From: Kiritimatiellia bacterium
GTDB lineage: Bacteria; Verrucomicrobiota; Kiritimatiellia; UBA8416; JABMPJ01
Assembly (NCBI GenBank): GCA_030745755.1
Contig: JASLOA010000041.1
Location: 6,515 to 70,514, forward strand
Direction: 5' to 3'
Length of the DNA: 64,000 nt
Every line of letters starts with the position of its first letter. Within the stretch, counting starts at the first letter, position 1. The position numbers were made by a program, and so were the translations under genes. Shown one piece after another: positions 47,866 to 56,700 of the stretch. Below the pieces are notes generated by a model. It saw nothing but the letters and a program-made list of their open reading frames with translations. It had not been told where the DNA came from and did not search any database.

Positions 47866-49398
47866 ATGCCGAAACGTATTCGAAAGGGTCCCCTCGTCAT
47901 TGGCTGCTCGGCCCTGCTATTCGTGGTGCTGACATTGTTGCTGTTTACGACCGAACCCAAGCCCGCCGCGGACGCTCCGGAAAGCCGTCCGCTTGTTCTC
48001 TTCTGCGCTGCGGGCATGCGTATGCCGATTGAGGAGATCCGCGCTGCGTTCGAAAAGGAGTGCGGCGTCCGGGTCGATGTCCAGTATGGCGGCTCCAACA
48101 CGTTGCTGAACCAGATGCAGATCTCCAAAAAGGCGGATCTCTATCTCGCGGCCGACCGTGCCTACGTCGCCCGGGCCCGCGAGATGGGACTGGTCAGGGA
48201 GATTCTGCCGATCGCACGCATGATGCCTGTGATTGCGGTTCCCGAGGGTAACCCCAAGCGTATCTGGTCCATCGATCATATTCTGAAGCCCGGCGTGAAG
48301 CTGGCCCTCGGCAACCCTGAGCAGGCGGCAATAGGTAAGGCGGCGCGCGATGCACTGGTGCGTTCCGGCCACTGGGAGCAGGTCGAAGCCCTGGCCCGTG
48401 AGAACGGGGTCTTCAAGCCCACTGTTCCCGATGTAGCCAACACGGTGAAGATCGGAAGTGTGGATGCGGGTATCATCTGGTCGGCAACGGCCAGCCAGTT
48501 CGAGGGCATTGACGGGGTCCGTATCCCCGAGTTGGACAGCGCCGCCAGCGTGATCTCGATCGCCGTGGCCGCGGATACCTCGGCATCTGTTGATGCGCTC
48601 AACTTCGCGCGCTACGTCACGGGTGCAAACCGGGGACTGGAAGTGTTCGCGCGATTGGGGTACGAGTCGGTTGATGGCGACCCCTGGGAAGCCAGGACGG
48701 ACATCACGTTCTTCGCCGGGTCTGTCAACCGTCGCGGACTGTCGGAAGCCATCAAGCGTTTTGAAACGCGCGAGGGTGTTCGCGTGAATACCGTGTTCAA
48801 CGGTTGCGGTATCCTGACGGCCCAGATGCGTACGATCCACAGTGATGGCGAGTTTCCCGACGCCTACATGGCGTGCGACCAGTACTATCTCGACGTTGTC
48901 CAGGACCTCTTCGGTGAAGGGACGCAGATTTCTAAGACGCGAATCGTGATCGTGGTTGCGGAAGGGAACCCGAAGCGCATCCAGTCGCTCGAAGACCTGG
49001 CCCGTCCCGGTATTCGACTGGCGGTCGGTCAGCCGGAACAGTGCACGATCGGTGTGCTGTCGCGTCAGCTACTCGAGTCCGTTGGGCTCTACAAGAAGCT
49101 GCTGGAGAACAACGTCGTCACGCAGACGGCGACATCCGCAATGCTTGTGCCGGCCGTGACGACCGGCGCTGCCGATGCCGTGCTTGCCTACCGGACCGAC
49201 ACATTGGCTGAGGCTGACAAGGTTGATGCCATCGGTATCGACTCACCACTCGCCAAGGTCGTCCAGCCGTTTGCGCTTTCCCGCAAGAGTGATCAACACC
49301 TTCTGGGTACGCGTCTTTTTGAGACGATCACCGAAGCCCGGGCCGAGTTCGAAGCCGCTGGCTTCGACTGGCTGCTCGAGGGGGAGTTGATGCCGTGA
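47866..49398 (+). CDS. tandem-duplicated ModA/WtpA-type oxyanion (molybdate/tungstate-like) ABC substrate-binding protein
   Basis: 510 aa with an N-terminal TM/signal anchor. Two consecutive ModA-like lobes start at LVLFCAAGMRMPIEEIRAAFEKECGVRVDVQYGGSNTLLNQ... and ITFFAGSVNRRGLSEAIKRFETREGVRVNTVFNGCGILTAQ..., each with the GxVDAGIIW / ADAVLAYRTD C-lobe motif. Confidence 0.7.
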   Translation: MPKRIRKGPLVIGCSALLFVVLTLLLFTTEPKPAADAPESRPLVLFCAAGMRMPIEEIRAAFEKECGVRVDVQYGGSNTLLNQMQISKKADLYLAADRAYVARAREMGLVREILPIARMMPVIAVPEGNPKRIWSIDHILKPGVKLALGNPEQAAIGKAARDALVRSGHWEQVEALARENGVFKPTVPDVANTVKIGSVDAGIIWSATASQFEGIDGVRIPELDSAASVISIAVAADTSASVDALNFARYVTGANRGLEVFARLGYESVDGDPWEARTDITFFAGSVNRRGLSEAIKRFETREGVRVNTVFNGCGILTAQMRTIHSDGEFPDAYMACDQYYLDVVQDLFGEGTQISKTRIVIVVAEGNPKRIQSLEDLARPGIRLAVGQPEQCTIGVLSRQLLESVGLYKKLLENNVVTQTATSAMLVPAVTTGAADAVLAYRTDTLAEADKVDAIGIDSPLAKVVQPFALSRKSDQHLLGTRLFETITEARAEFEAAGFDWLLEGELMP

Positions 49399-50234
49399 TG
49401 GAACGTCCCCGTTCGGCATGGAAGCCGCCCGGCAAAGGGGCTGACCGCCTCTTTATCGCTGGCATGGCGATCATGCTGGGGGCCTACACGCTGCTCATCC
49501 TGCTCATGCTCGTGGCCGACTTCGCGTATGTCGGGGGCGTTGCGGATGAGGGAGCGTTCCTCACGTCCTTCGTGAAGGCGTTTAAGAGTCCCGAGATTCG
49601 CAGCGCCATGACCCTGACGATGATCTCGTGCACGCTGGCCGCCATTCTTTCGGTCTGGGTCGCCGTTCCGGCAGGCTACCTGCTGTCGCGCTGTACGTTT
49701 CGCGGCAGCCGCTTCATCGACGCGTTGCTGGACATTCCGATTGTGCTGCCGCCGCTCGTGGTGGGGCTGAGTCTCCTGATTCTCTTTCAGTTTCTGCCCG
49801 TTGCGGTTCGTGAAGCCGTCGTCTATGAACGCCCGGCTGTTGTATTGGCCCAGTTTGCTGTCTCCTGCGCCTTTGCCGTGCGCATCATGCGCGCGGCCTT
49901 TGACCAGATCGACGAACGTTGTGCTCTCGTGGCGCAGACCCTGGGATGCTCCCGGCAACAGGCTTTCTTGCGGGTCGAGCTTCCGGAGGCCTGGCCCGGC
50001 GTGCTGACCGCAGCCACGATTGCATGGGCACGCGCCCTGGGTGAGTTCGGGCCGCTGCTCATCTTCGCAGGCGCCACGCGTAACAAGACCGAGGTGCTCT
50101 CCACGACCGTGTTCCTGGAACTGAGCATTGGTGACCTGTCCGCTGCCGTGACCGTCTCGCTTATCATGGTGGCCGCCGCCATCGCCGTCGTGATGACTGC
50201 CCGCACCTGGGGCAGTAGGAATATGAACCTATGA
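49395..50234 (+). CDS. ABC transporter permease, ModB/CysTW family
   Basis: 6 TM helices with the EAA-like loop (..ALGEFGPLLIFAG..). It overlaps the binding-protein gene stop by 4 nt. Confidence 0.8.
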   Translation: MMERPRSAWKPPGKGADRLFIAGMAIMLGAYTLLILLMLVADFAYVGGVADEGAFLTSFVKAFKSPEIRSAMTLTMISCTLAAILSVWVAVPAGYLLSRCTFRGSRFIDALLDIPIVLPPLVVGLSLLILFQFLPVAVREAVVYERPAVVLAQFAVSCAFAVRIMRAAFDQIDERCALVAQTLGCSRQQAFLRVELPEAWPGVLTAATIAWARALGEFGPLLIFAGATRNKTEVLSTTVFLELSIGDLSAAVTVSLIMVAAAIAVVMTARTWGSRNMNL

Positions 50235-50890
50235 TCAAGCTAGAGAACATCCATATGAAGCAGGGCGCCTTTGAGCTCCGTGACCTGACTCTTGAGGTGC
50301 CGCAGGGCGCCTATGCTGTCCTGATGGGGGCATCAGGGGCAGGAAAGACGACGCTTATCGAACTGCTTTGCGGGCTGCGCTTTCCACAGCGTGGACGGGT
50401 CATTATCGGGGGGCGCGATATGACCCATGCCGTTCCCGCGGCACGTGAGGTCGGATACGTTCCCCAGGATGGTGCGCTGTTTAAGACGATGACTGTTCGC
50501 GAGCAGCTGGGCTTTGCGTTGGACCTTCGCCACGTTGCGGGGGACGACGTTGCCCTGCGCGTGCGGGAGATCGCGGAGATGTTGGACATTGCGCACCTGC
50601 TCGACCGCTACCCCAGTGGACTGAGTGGGGGCGAGCGACAGCGGACCGCGCTTGGACGGGCCCTGTCGTTCCGGCCCAAGGTGCTTCTGCTCGATGAGCC
50701 GTTGTGTGCCCTCGACGACGAGACGCGTGAGCGCATCATGAACCTGCTGCGCCAGGTACAGCAGCAGATGGGCGTGACGACCCTGCATGTGACACACAAC
50801 AGGCAGGAGGCCGAGGAATTGGGGACGATGGGGATGAAGATCGCGGAAGGGAAGATCATCCCGCTGGACTTGAGCGGAGGAAACGAATGA
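50231..50890 (+). CDS. ABC transporter ATP-binding protein (ModC/WtpC-like, lacking the C-terminal TOBE domain)
   Basis: GASGAGKTT, LSGGERQRTALGRA and LLLDEPLCALD are present. The protein is 219 aa. Confidence 0.85.
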   Translation: MIKLENIHMKQGAFELRDLTLEVPQGAYAVLMGASGAGKTTLIELLCGLRFPQRGRVIIGGRDMTHAVPAAREVGYVPQDGALFKTMTVREQLGFALDLRHVAGDDVALRVREIAEMLDIAHLLDRYPSGLSGGERQRTALGRALSFRPKVLLLDEPLCALDDETRERIMNLLRQVQQQMGVTTLHVTHNRQEAEELGTMGMKIAEGKIIPLDLSGGNE

Positions 50891-51132
50891 AAGTCGAAGT
50901 GGAATACACGGCGCAACTCAAGGTGAAGACCGGTGTGTCAGCGGATTCGTACGAATTGGACGAGGGCGCCCGGGTTTCCGACTTGATCAAGGCTGTCGCG
51001 GCGCAGCACGACATCGCGGAATTTCTGCCGTCGAGTCTCCTCTGTTTTGTTGGTGGCACCCAGGCGGATGATGATCAATCCCTCTCCGACGGCGACAGCG
51101 TCACGCTCCTCAGCCCAATCTCCGGAGGTTAG
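50887..51132 (+). CDS. MoaD/ThiS-family ubiquitin-like sulfur carrier protein (C-terminal GG)
   Basis: 81 aa beta-grasp-sized protein ending ...DGDSVTLLSPISGG, with 4-nt overlap to the upstream ATPase gene. Confidence 0.8.
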   Translation: MKVEVEYTAQLKVKTGVSADSYELDEGARVSDLIKAVAAQHDIAEFLPSSLLCFVGGTQADDDQSLSDGDSVTLLSPISGG

Positions 51133-51135
51133 GCC

Positions 51136-51903
51136 ATGGAACCTTCTAAGACAACACTGACAGACGGGGAGCGGGCTACCTACGAGTGGCAGCTCGACGT
51201 TCCCGGTTTCGGAGAAGCGGGGCAACAGAAGCTGAAGGATGCCTCCGTTCTCGTGTCGCGTGTCGGAGGCCTTGGCAGCGTGGTGGCCTACGAGCTGGCC
51301 GCTGCCGGGGTAGGGCGCATGGTGCTGGCGCACGCCGGCGACATCAAACACTCCGATCTCAACCGGCAGTTGTTGATGACGCATGATGCGCTTGGGACGG
51401 CCCGCGTGGCGTCGGCGGAGCGGCGACTGCTCGACCTCAATCCACGGCTCGAGATTGTCAAGGTGCCTGAGAATGTATCCGAGGCAAACGCGGCCAGGCT
51501 GGTTGGTGATGTTGATATCATCGTCGACTGCGCCCCTCTATTTGAAGAACGGCTGGCCATGAATCGTGCGGCGGTGGGCCAGGGGAAACCCCTGGTGGAG
51601 TGCGCCATGTACGAGTTGCAGGCGCAGATCACGACCGTGATTCCCGGGGAGACCCCGTGCGTTGCCTGTCTGCATCCCGAGCCCCCGCCTGCCTGGCAAC
51701 GACGCTTTCCGGTCTTTGGCGCCGTCTCGGGGACGGTCGGCTGCCTGGGGGCGATGGAAGCCATCAAGGTGCTTTCGGGGCTTGGTGAGCCCCTGGCAGG
51801 GAGAATGATCACCATGGACATGCGGCATATGAGCTTCCATACCTTGAAGCTCAAGCGTCGCGGTGACTGCGAGGTATGTGGCAACCCTAATGCTGAGACC
51901 TGA
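51136..51903 (+). CDS. ThiF/MoeB/HesA-family E1-like adenylyltransferase
   Basis: VLVSRVGGLGSVVAYELAAAGVGRMVLAHAGDIKHSDLNRQ (Gly-rich ATP motif) plus the CVAC / CEVC zinc CxxC pairs. It begins 3 nt after the MoaD-like stop. Confidence 0.8.
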   Translation: MEPSKTTLTDGERATYEWQLDVPGFGEAGQQKLKDASVLVSRVGGLGSVVAYELAAAGVGRMVLAHAGDIKHSDLNRQLLMTHDALGTARVASAERRLLDLNPRLEIVKVPENVSEANAARLVGDVDIIVDCAPLFEERLAMNRAAVGQGKPLVECAMYELQAQITTVIPGETPCVACLHPEPPPAWQRRFPVFGAVSGTVGCLGAMEAIKVLSGLGEPLAGRMITMDMRHMSFHTLKLKRRGDCEVCGNPNAET

Positions 51904-53008
51904 TCAACAGATTCGATATGCGCGGCACCTCTCGCTTCCCGGGTTCGGGAGCGAAGCGCAGGAGCGGTTGCTTGCCGGTTCTGTGCTGCTCGTGGGAGCC
52001 GGCGGGCTGGGGTCTCCGGCTGCCTTGTACCTGGCCGCGGCCGGGGTGGGGAGGTTGGTGATCGTTGACGATGACCGCGTGGACCTGACGAACCTGCAGC
52101 GCCAGGTTCTGTACAACACCGCAGGCCAAGGAAAGCCGAAAGCGGAATCTGCGCGCGAGGCGCTGACTAGCTTGAATCGGGACGTTGAGGTCGAGGCCGT
52201 CAACGAACGCTTTGCGGAGAAGAACGCGCGCGACCTGGTCCGGTCGTGTGACATCGTTCTTGATGGTGCGGACAACTTCCCTACGCGCTATCTTATCAAT
52301 GATGCCGCCTATCTTGAGAAGCGTCCCGTGGTGCACGGCTCTATTCACCTTTTCGAGGGGCAATGCACCGTGTTCGCTCGCGATAGGGGGCCGTGCTATC
52401 GCTGCCTCTTTCCCAGCCCGCCTCCACCGGGCGCTGTGCCGTCCTGTGCCGAGGCAGGCGTACTGGGTGTCCTGCCCGGGATGATCGGCGTTGCCCAGGC
52501 GACGGAAGCGATCAAGCTGTTGACCGGCCTGGGCGACCCGTTGGTCGGGAAACTCCTCATGTACGATGCCCTGGCGATGCAGTTCCGGACGCTGCAAATC
52601 AAGCGTCGGCCTGAGTGCCCTCTCTGTGGTGATTCCCCGTCCATTACGGAGGCCCAAACCATCGCATTCTCCTGTCCCACTGCCGAAGCCCCCGAGATCG
52701 AGGTGTCAGACCTGCAACCGTTGCAGGCGGAAGAGCAGCCCTGTCACCTCCTCGATGTGCGCGAAGCGCGGGAAGTCGCACTGGGTATGATCCCGGGCAG
52801 CACCCATATTCCGCTTGGCGAGCTCGAGGATCGAATGGCGGAAGTCACCCCCTGGCGGGATGAGCAGGTCATCTGCATTTGCCAGGTGGGGCAGCGCAGC
52901 CTGCGCGCGGCTGCACTGCTGCAACATAATGGATTTGGGCAAGCCGTCAGCCTGCGCGGCGGATACGCGGCTTGGTTGATGACGCAATTAAGGGAGAACG
53001 GATCATGA
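51890..53008 (+). CDS. moeZ: MoeB/MoeZ-type adenylyltransferase with a C-terminal rhodanese domain (sulfurtransferase)
   Basis: IRYARHLSLPGFGSEAQERLLAGSVLLVGAGGLGSPAALYLAAAGVGRLVIVDDDRVDLTNLQRQ, CYRC...CPLC, and the rhodanese active-site loop ICICQVGQRS. Start chosen at the ATG at 51890 (MLRPDQ); a GTG at 51863 is possible. Confidence 0.85.
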   Translation: MLRPDQQIRYARHLSLPGFGSEAQERLLAGSVLLVGAGGLGSPAALYLAAAGVGRLVIVDDDRVDLTNLQRQVLYNTAGQGKPKAESAREALTSLNRDVEVEAVNERFAEKNARDLVRSCDIVLDGADNFPTRYLINDAAYLEKRPVVHGSIHLFEGQCTVFARDRGPCYRCLFPSPPPPGAVPSCAEAGVLGVLPGMIGVAQATEAIKLLTGLGDPLVGKLLMYDALAMQFRTLQIKRRPECPLCGDSPSITEAQTIAFSCPTAEAPEIEVSDLQPLQAEEQPCHLLDVREAREVALGMIPGSTHIPLGELEDRMAEVTPWRDEQVICICQVGQRSLRAAALLQHNGFGQAVSLRGGYAAWLMTQLRENGS

Positions 53009-53445
53009 GCTTCTTTACCGATGTAAGTCCAACCCTGCTTCTTCTCGGTCTCGCTGCCGGGATCCTCAGTTCCATGCTCGGCGTCGGGAGCGGAATCCTG
53101 CTGGTTCCGTCCATGGTGCTGATCTTCGGGCTGGCCCAGAAATCCGCGCAAGGTACGGCACTTGCCGTCATGGTGCCCATGGCCATGGTTGGTGCCATCC
53201 GCTATATCTCGAATCCGGACATTGAGATCAGTTTTGCCCAGGTCGCATTGCTTGTACCCGGGGCGATGATCGGGGCGCTCATCGGGTCGGCCATTGCAGC
53301 CCACGTTCCCAATGAAGTGCTGCGTCGCCTTTTCGCCATCTTCCTGCTGGTTGTGGCCGTGCGGATGCTGCTGCCCAAACGGGGCACCCGGAAGGCGCCT
53401 GCCTCACAACCTGCAGAGCAACTTGCTAATGGAGAACAACAATGA
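53005..53445 (+). CDS. half-size (4-TM) TauE/SafE (TSUP)-family anion exporter
   Basis: 146 aa with LLLGLAAGILSSMLGVGSGILLVP (TSUP Gly-rich motif). ATGA overlap with the moeZ stop. Confidence 0.65.
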   Translation: MSFFTDVSPTLLLLGLAAGILSSMLGVGSGILLVPSMVLIFGLAQKSAQGTALAVMVPMAMVGAIRYISNPDIEISFAQVALLVPGAMIGALIGSAIAAHVPNEVLRRLFAIFLLVVAVRMLLPKRGTRKAPASQPAEQLANGEQQ

Positions 53446-54086
53446 TCGAGCTTAACGATATTTCAAAATCCTACAGATCTGCCCGCGGTACCCCGGTTGA
53501 GGTGCTGAAGGGCATGAGTGTCAGCGTCGAAGCGGGCGAGTTTGTCTCTGTCACCGGGCCGAGCGGTTGTGGCAAGAGTACGTTGCTTCTCATTGCCGGG
53601 AGTCTGCTGCATCCTGACGGCGGCAGTGTGGTCATCGACGGTCGCGATTTCACGGCCATGAACAGCGACGACAAGGCGCATCAGCGTGCAGAGACCATCG
53701 GGTTTGTCTTTCAGCGTTTCCACCTTCTGCCTTACCTGACCGTCCGCGAGAACATCCTGGCCGGTGGGGTGGCGTTGAAGCGTTCCTCCGACGAGGTCAG
53801 CGGGCGTGCCGAGGAATTGATGGAGAAACTGGGGATGGTCCGGCGTGCCGATCACCTTCCGGGGGAATTGAGTGTTGGCGAGATGCAGCGCACGGCGTTG
53901 GCGCGTGCCTTCCTGAATGGTCCGAAGGTGATTCTCGCGGATGAGCCCACCGGGAACCTCGACCCTGAGAATGCCGAGATCGTGATGAAAGCCCTGTCCG
54001 GTTTTGCCGGCGAAGGCGGCGCCGTCCTAATGGTCACGCACCATCCTGCGGATGCCGATCGGGCGGACCGGCAGTTGAAGATGTAG
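53442..54086 (+). CDS. ABC transporter ATP-binding protein, MacB/LolD/FtsE-type (likely partner of the FtsX-like permease at 46601)
   Basis: GPSGCGKST, LSVGEMQRTALARA and ILADEPTGNLD are present. The protein is 214 aa. Confidence 0.85.
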   Translation: MIELNDISKSYRSARGTPVEVLKGMSVSVEAGEFVSVTGPSGCGKSTLLLIAGSLLHPDGGSVVIDGRDFTAMNSDDKAHQRAETIGFVFQRFHLLPYLTVRENILAGGVALKRSSDEVSGRAEELMEKLGMVRRADHLPGELSVGEMQRTALARAFLNGPKVILADEPTGNLDPENAEIVMKALSGFAGEGGAVLMVTHHPADADRADRQLKM

Positions 54087-54304
54087 TATCTACAGAGCAG
54101 GGCCGGTGGAGTTGGTCGTGTAGCCGGTGTAGAAGCGTTCCGGATGGCTCTGGCTTTGCAGGACGTAGACGTAGAAGAAGGTGTGGTTGCTCATGGGTTG
54201 GCTTGCCCGGCTTCGTGTTCCACTTCGTCGTGGCTTGCCGAGTCGTAGTTCGGAGCGCTGGGGTGGCCCGTCTTCGCTTTCGTCGCTACGCTCCGAACGA
54301 AGAC

Positions 54305-54379
54305 TGGCACCCCCTAGGGGAATCGAACCCCTCTTTCCGGGATGAGAACCCGATGTCCTAGCCGATAGACGAAGGGGGC
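54305..54379 (-). tRNA. tRNA-Glu (anticodon CUC), CCA encoded
   Basis: The reverse complement folds as acceptor GCCCCCT/AGGGGGT, D-arm GTC-TATCGGCTAG-GAC, anticodon stem TCGGG/CCCGG with loop TTCTCAT (CTC), T-arm GGGG-TTCGATT-CCCC, then G-CCA. Confidence 0.85.
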
Positions 54380-54584
54380 ACAGCTAGTCAAGAGGCGCGT
54401 AATGTACGGAATCGGTGGGTGGAAGTCAACCCCCCTGTGCCACACCACTGCACTGCAGAAAGATGTGCTCAGGGTGACCGCCGAGGCTGTCTGCAAAGAA
54501 AGATGTGGATTTCTGGCTGGAAACTGGAATAATGCCTAACTGTCAGCAGACTGACGTGTAATAACAGCAAAGGGGGACCTACTC

Positions 54585-55586
54585 ATGATTCGTTACGGAC
54601 TGACTCTTGTGGCTGTCGGGCTTTTTCTACTCCCGGCAGCAGTTCTTGGTCAAACCGAACTCGCCGCTATCATGCGGGACGAGTACGCACTGGGACTGAC
54701 TCCAACGGTACGGAGTGCCGGCATGGGAGGCGGCTACCTGGGTGTGGAAGGGGTTCAGAGCATGAACCCGGCGGCCTTGGCTCGCGCCGGACGGAATGTC
54801 ACGGCTACCTATGGCATCTACAGCCACGACACCGGGCCGGATGCTCATCGCGGCCGCATTGACGCAACGCTTGCTGCACCCAAGATCGGTGGCGCAGCCC
54901 GCCTTATGCTCGACCACGTTTCCAGTGACGGGGCGGACCCCACCATGATTGCCGGTGGCGCGCCCATGGAGTACGACAGCACAACCCTCGGCCTGCAGTA
55001 TGGTCGTGATGTGAGCGACTGCCTGGCCCTCGGCTTTGGTGCCTACCCCTACGAAGAGGCCAACGTGGATGTCACCACCCCGGGCGGCACAATGAGCGGG
55101 GAAGGGATGAGCCAGGTGGGCAGCATCCAGTTCGGCGCGCTGGGACGCCTCTGCGACATGGTAAACGTCGGCGTTCAGGTTATCCACATCATCGACGAGC
55201 TCCAGGTGACGCTTCCTGACGGGACCAAGATGCAAGACGACTTCAAGATCGACTACGTGGCCGCTGGCGTGGCCATCACCCCGTGGGATGGGGGCTTGGT
55301 TGTCGTCGATTACTGGAATGGCGACGTGGACGGCCGGTCCGCGCCGGGTGTCGAATTCGATGCCGACATCGACCGTTGGAACATCGGTGTGGAACAGCGC
55401 GTTCTGGATGCAGTCGACCTGCGCGTGGGCTCAAACAACAGTGGCCTGACCGCCGGATTCACCTGGCGTATGTGCGAAGCAGCGACCCTGGACTACGCCT
55501 ACGTGAGCGAGGCACTGAACGATAAAGCTGACGGCATATTCGGCGAGACCGAGCAGCACACCGTGGCAGTCTCCTGCGCATTCTGA
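54585..55586 (+). CDS. hypothetical outer-membrane beta-barrel protein (signal peptide, C-terminal aromatic residue)
   Basis: MIRYGLTLVAVGLFLLPAAVLGQ signal peptide, an alternating amphipathic pattern, and a C-terminal ...VAVSCAF. Confidence 0.55.
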   Translation: MIRYGLTLVAVGLFLLPAAVLGQTELAAIMRDEYALGLTPTVRSAGMGGGYLGVEGVQSMNPAALARAGRNVTATYGIYSHDTGPDAHRGRIDATLAAPKIGGAARLMLDHVSSDGADPTMIAGGAPMEYDSTTLGLQYGRDVSDCLALGFGAYPYEEANVDVTTPGGTMSGEGMSQVGSIQFGALGRLCDMVNVGVQVIHIIDELQVTLPDGTKMQDDFKIDYVAAGVAITPWDGGLVVVDYWNGDVDGRSAPGVEFDADIDRWNIGVEQRVLDAVDLRVGSNNSGLTAGFTWRMCEAATLDYAYVSEALNDKADGIFGETEQHTVAVSCAF

Positions 55587-55685
55587 GTCATTCCGTCAGC
55601 GTGACGGCTGACCACAGCGGCGCGTTGCGCCTCAGGCAAGCGCGAGTTCAATCGACCGGCACCGCCAGCCGGTCGGTTGGCGTGC

Positions 55686-56594
55686 TCATGAAGTGCCGCG
55701 GCGGTCTCGTGCCTGCTTAAGGAACGCGGCATACTGCGCGCCGGCATGGTAGGAGGAGCGGACGAGTGGGGCGGACTCGCAATAGGTGAAGCCGCGCGAT
55801 AGGGCTTCCTCTTTGAGGTCAGTGAACTCCTCCGGCGTCCAGAACTTCTCGACCGGGGCATGGGTTTTCGTGGGCTGGAGGTATTGTCCCATGTTCATGA
55901 CATCCACATCCACCCCGCGAAGATCATCCATCGACTGAAGGATCTCGTCGCGAGTCTCGCCCAGGCCCAGCATCAGGCTCGACTTAGTCGTGGCTCCGGG
56001 ATCGATCTCTTTGACGATACGCAGGTAGCTGAGCGAGCGGTCGTAGTCCGAACGGGAACGGATGGTCTGAGTGAGACGGCGCACGGTTTCCAGGTTGTGA
56101 CTGTTGACGGCGGGCATGCTGTCGGTGATGATCTTGATAGCCTCGCGATCGCCTAGCATGTCCGAGGCAAGTACTTCAACCGAGCAATCGGGCGAAGCCT
56201 CGCGAATGGCGATGACCGTATCGGCCACAGCCTGCGCACCGCCATCGGGTAGATCGTCGCGGGTGACCATGGTAATCACAACATGCTCCAGGCCCATAGT
56301 CGCGACCGACTCCGCCACACGGCGCGGTTCGTCGGGATCCGGGGCAGGGGGGCGACCGGTGGCCACTGCGCAGAAGCGGCAAGCGCGCGTACAGACTTCA
56401 CCGAGGATCATGAACGTGGCGGTCTTATGCTTGCCCCAGCACTCATGAATGTTGGGACACATAGCCTCCTCGCAGACCGTATGCAGGTTCTGCCCCTTCA
56501 CGAGCTGCTTGATCTCCGAGAACTCCTTGCCACCGGAGAGGCGGACCCTGAGCCAGTCAGGCTTGCGAAGCGGCGGTGTGTTGTTGGCGGGCAT
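55686..56594 (-). CDS. lipA: lipoyl synthase
   Basis: CEEAMCPNIHEC (auxiliary cluster) and CTRACRFCAV (radical-SAM CxxxCxxC). Confidence 0.92.
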   Translation of the reverse strand: MPANNTPPLRKPDWLRVRLSGGKEFSEIKQLVKGQNLHTVCEEAMCPNIHECWGKHKTATFMILGEVCTRACRFCAVATGRPPAPDPDEPRRVAESVATMGLEHVVITMVTRDDLPDGGAQAVADTVIAIREASPDCSVEVLASDMLGDREAIKIITDSMPAVNSHNLETVRRLTQTIRSRSDYDRSLSYLRIVKEIDPGATTKSSLMLGLGETRDEILQSMDDLRGVDVDVMNMGQYLQPTKTHAPVEKFWTPEEFTDLKEEALSRGFTYCESAPLVRSSYHAGAQYAAFLKQARDRRGTS

Positions 56595-56700
56595 GTGTGT
56601 TGGCTCCCATTACGAGGGATGGCGATATTACCACGGGTATCTGGAGTGACTCAATCCCCTAAGAGTTTGGTTTTCGGTCTGAAGCGGGTATCATGAAGGC

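Noticed and set aside
54087-54304. Possible second tRNA or CRISPR-like repeats near tRNA-Glu
   Set aside because: Only a single cloverleaf (54305-54379) could be folded. The flanking region contains an inverted repeat (GTAGTTCGGAGCG / CGCTCCGAAC) but no tRNA-like D- or T-arms and no regularly spaced direct repeats. No CRISPR array was seen anywhere in the window.
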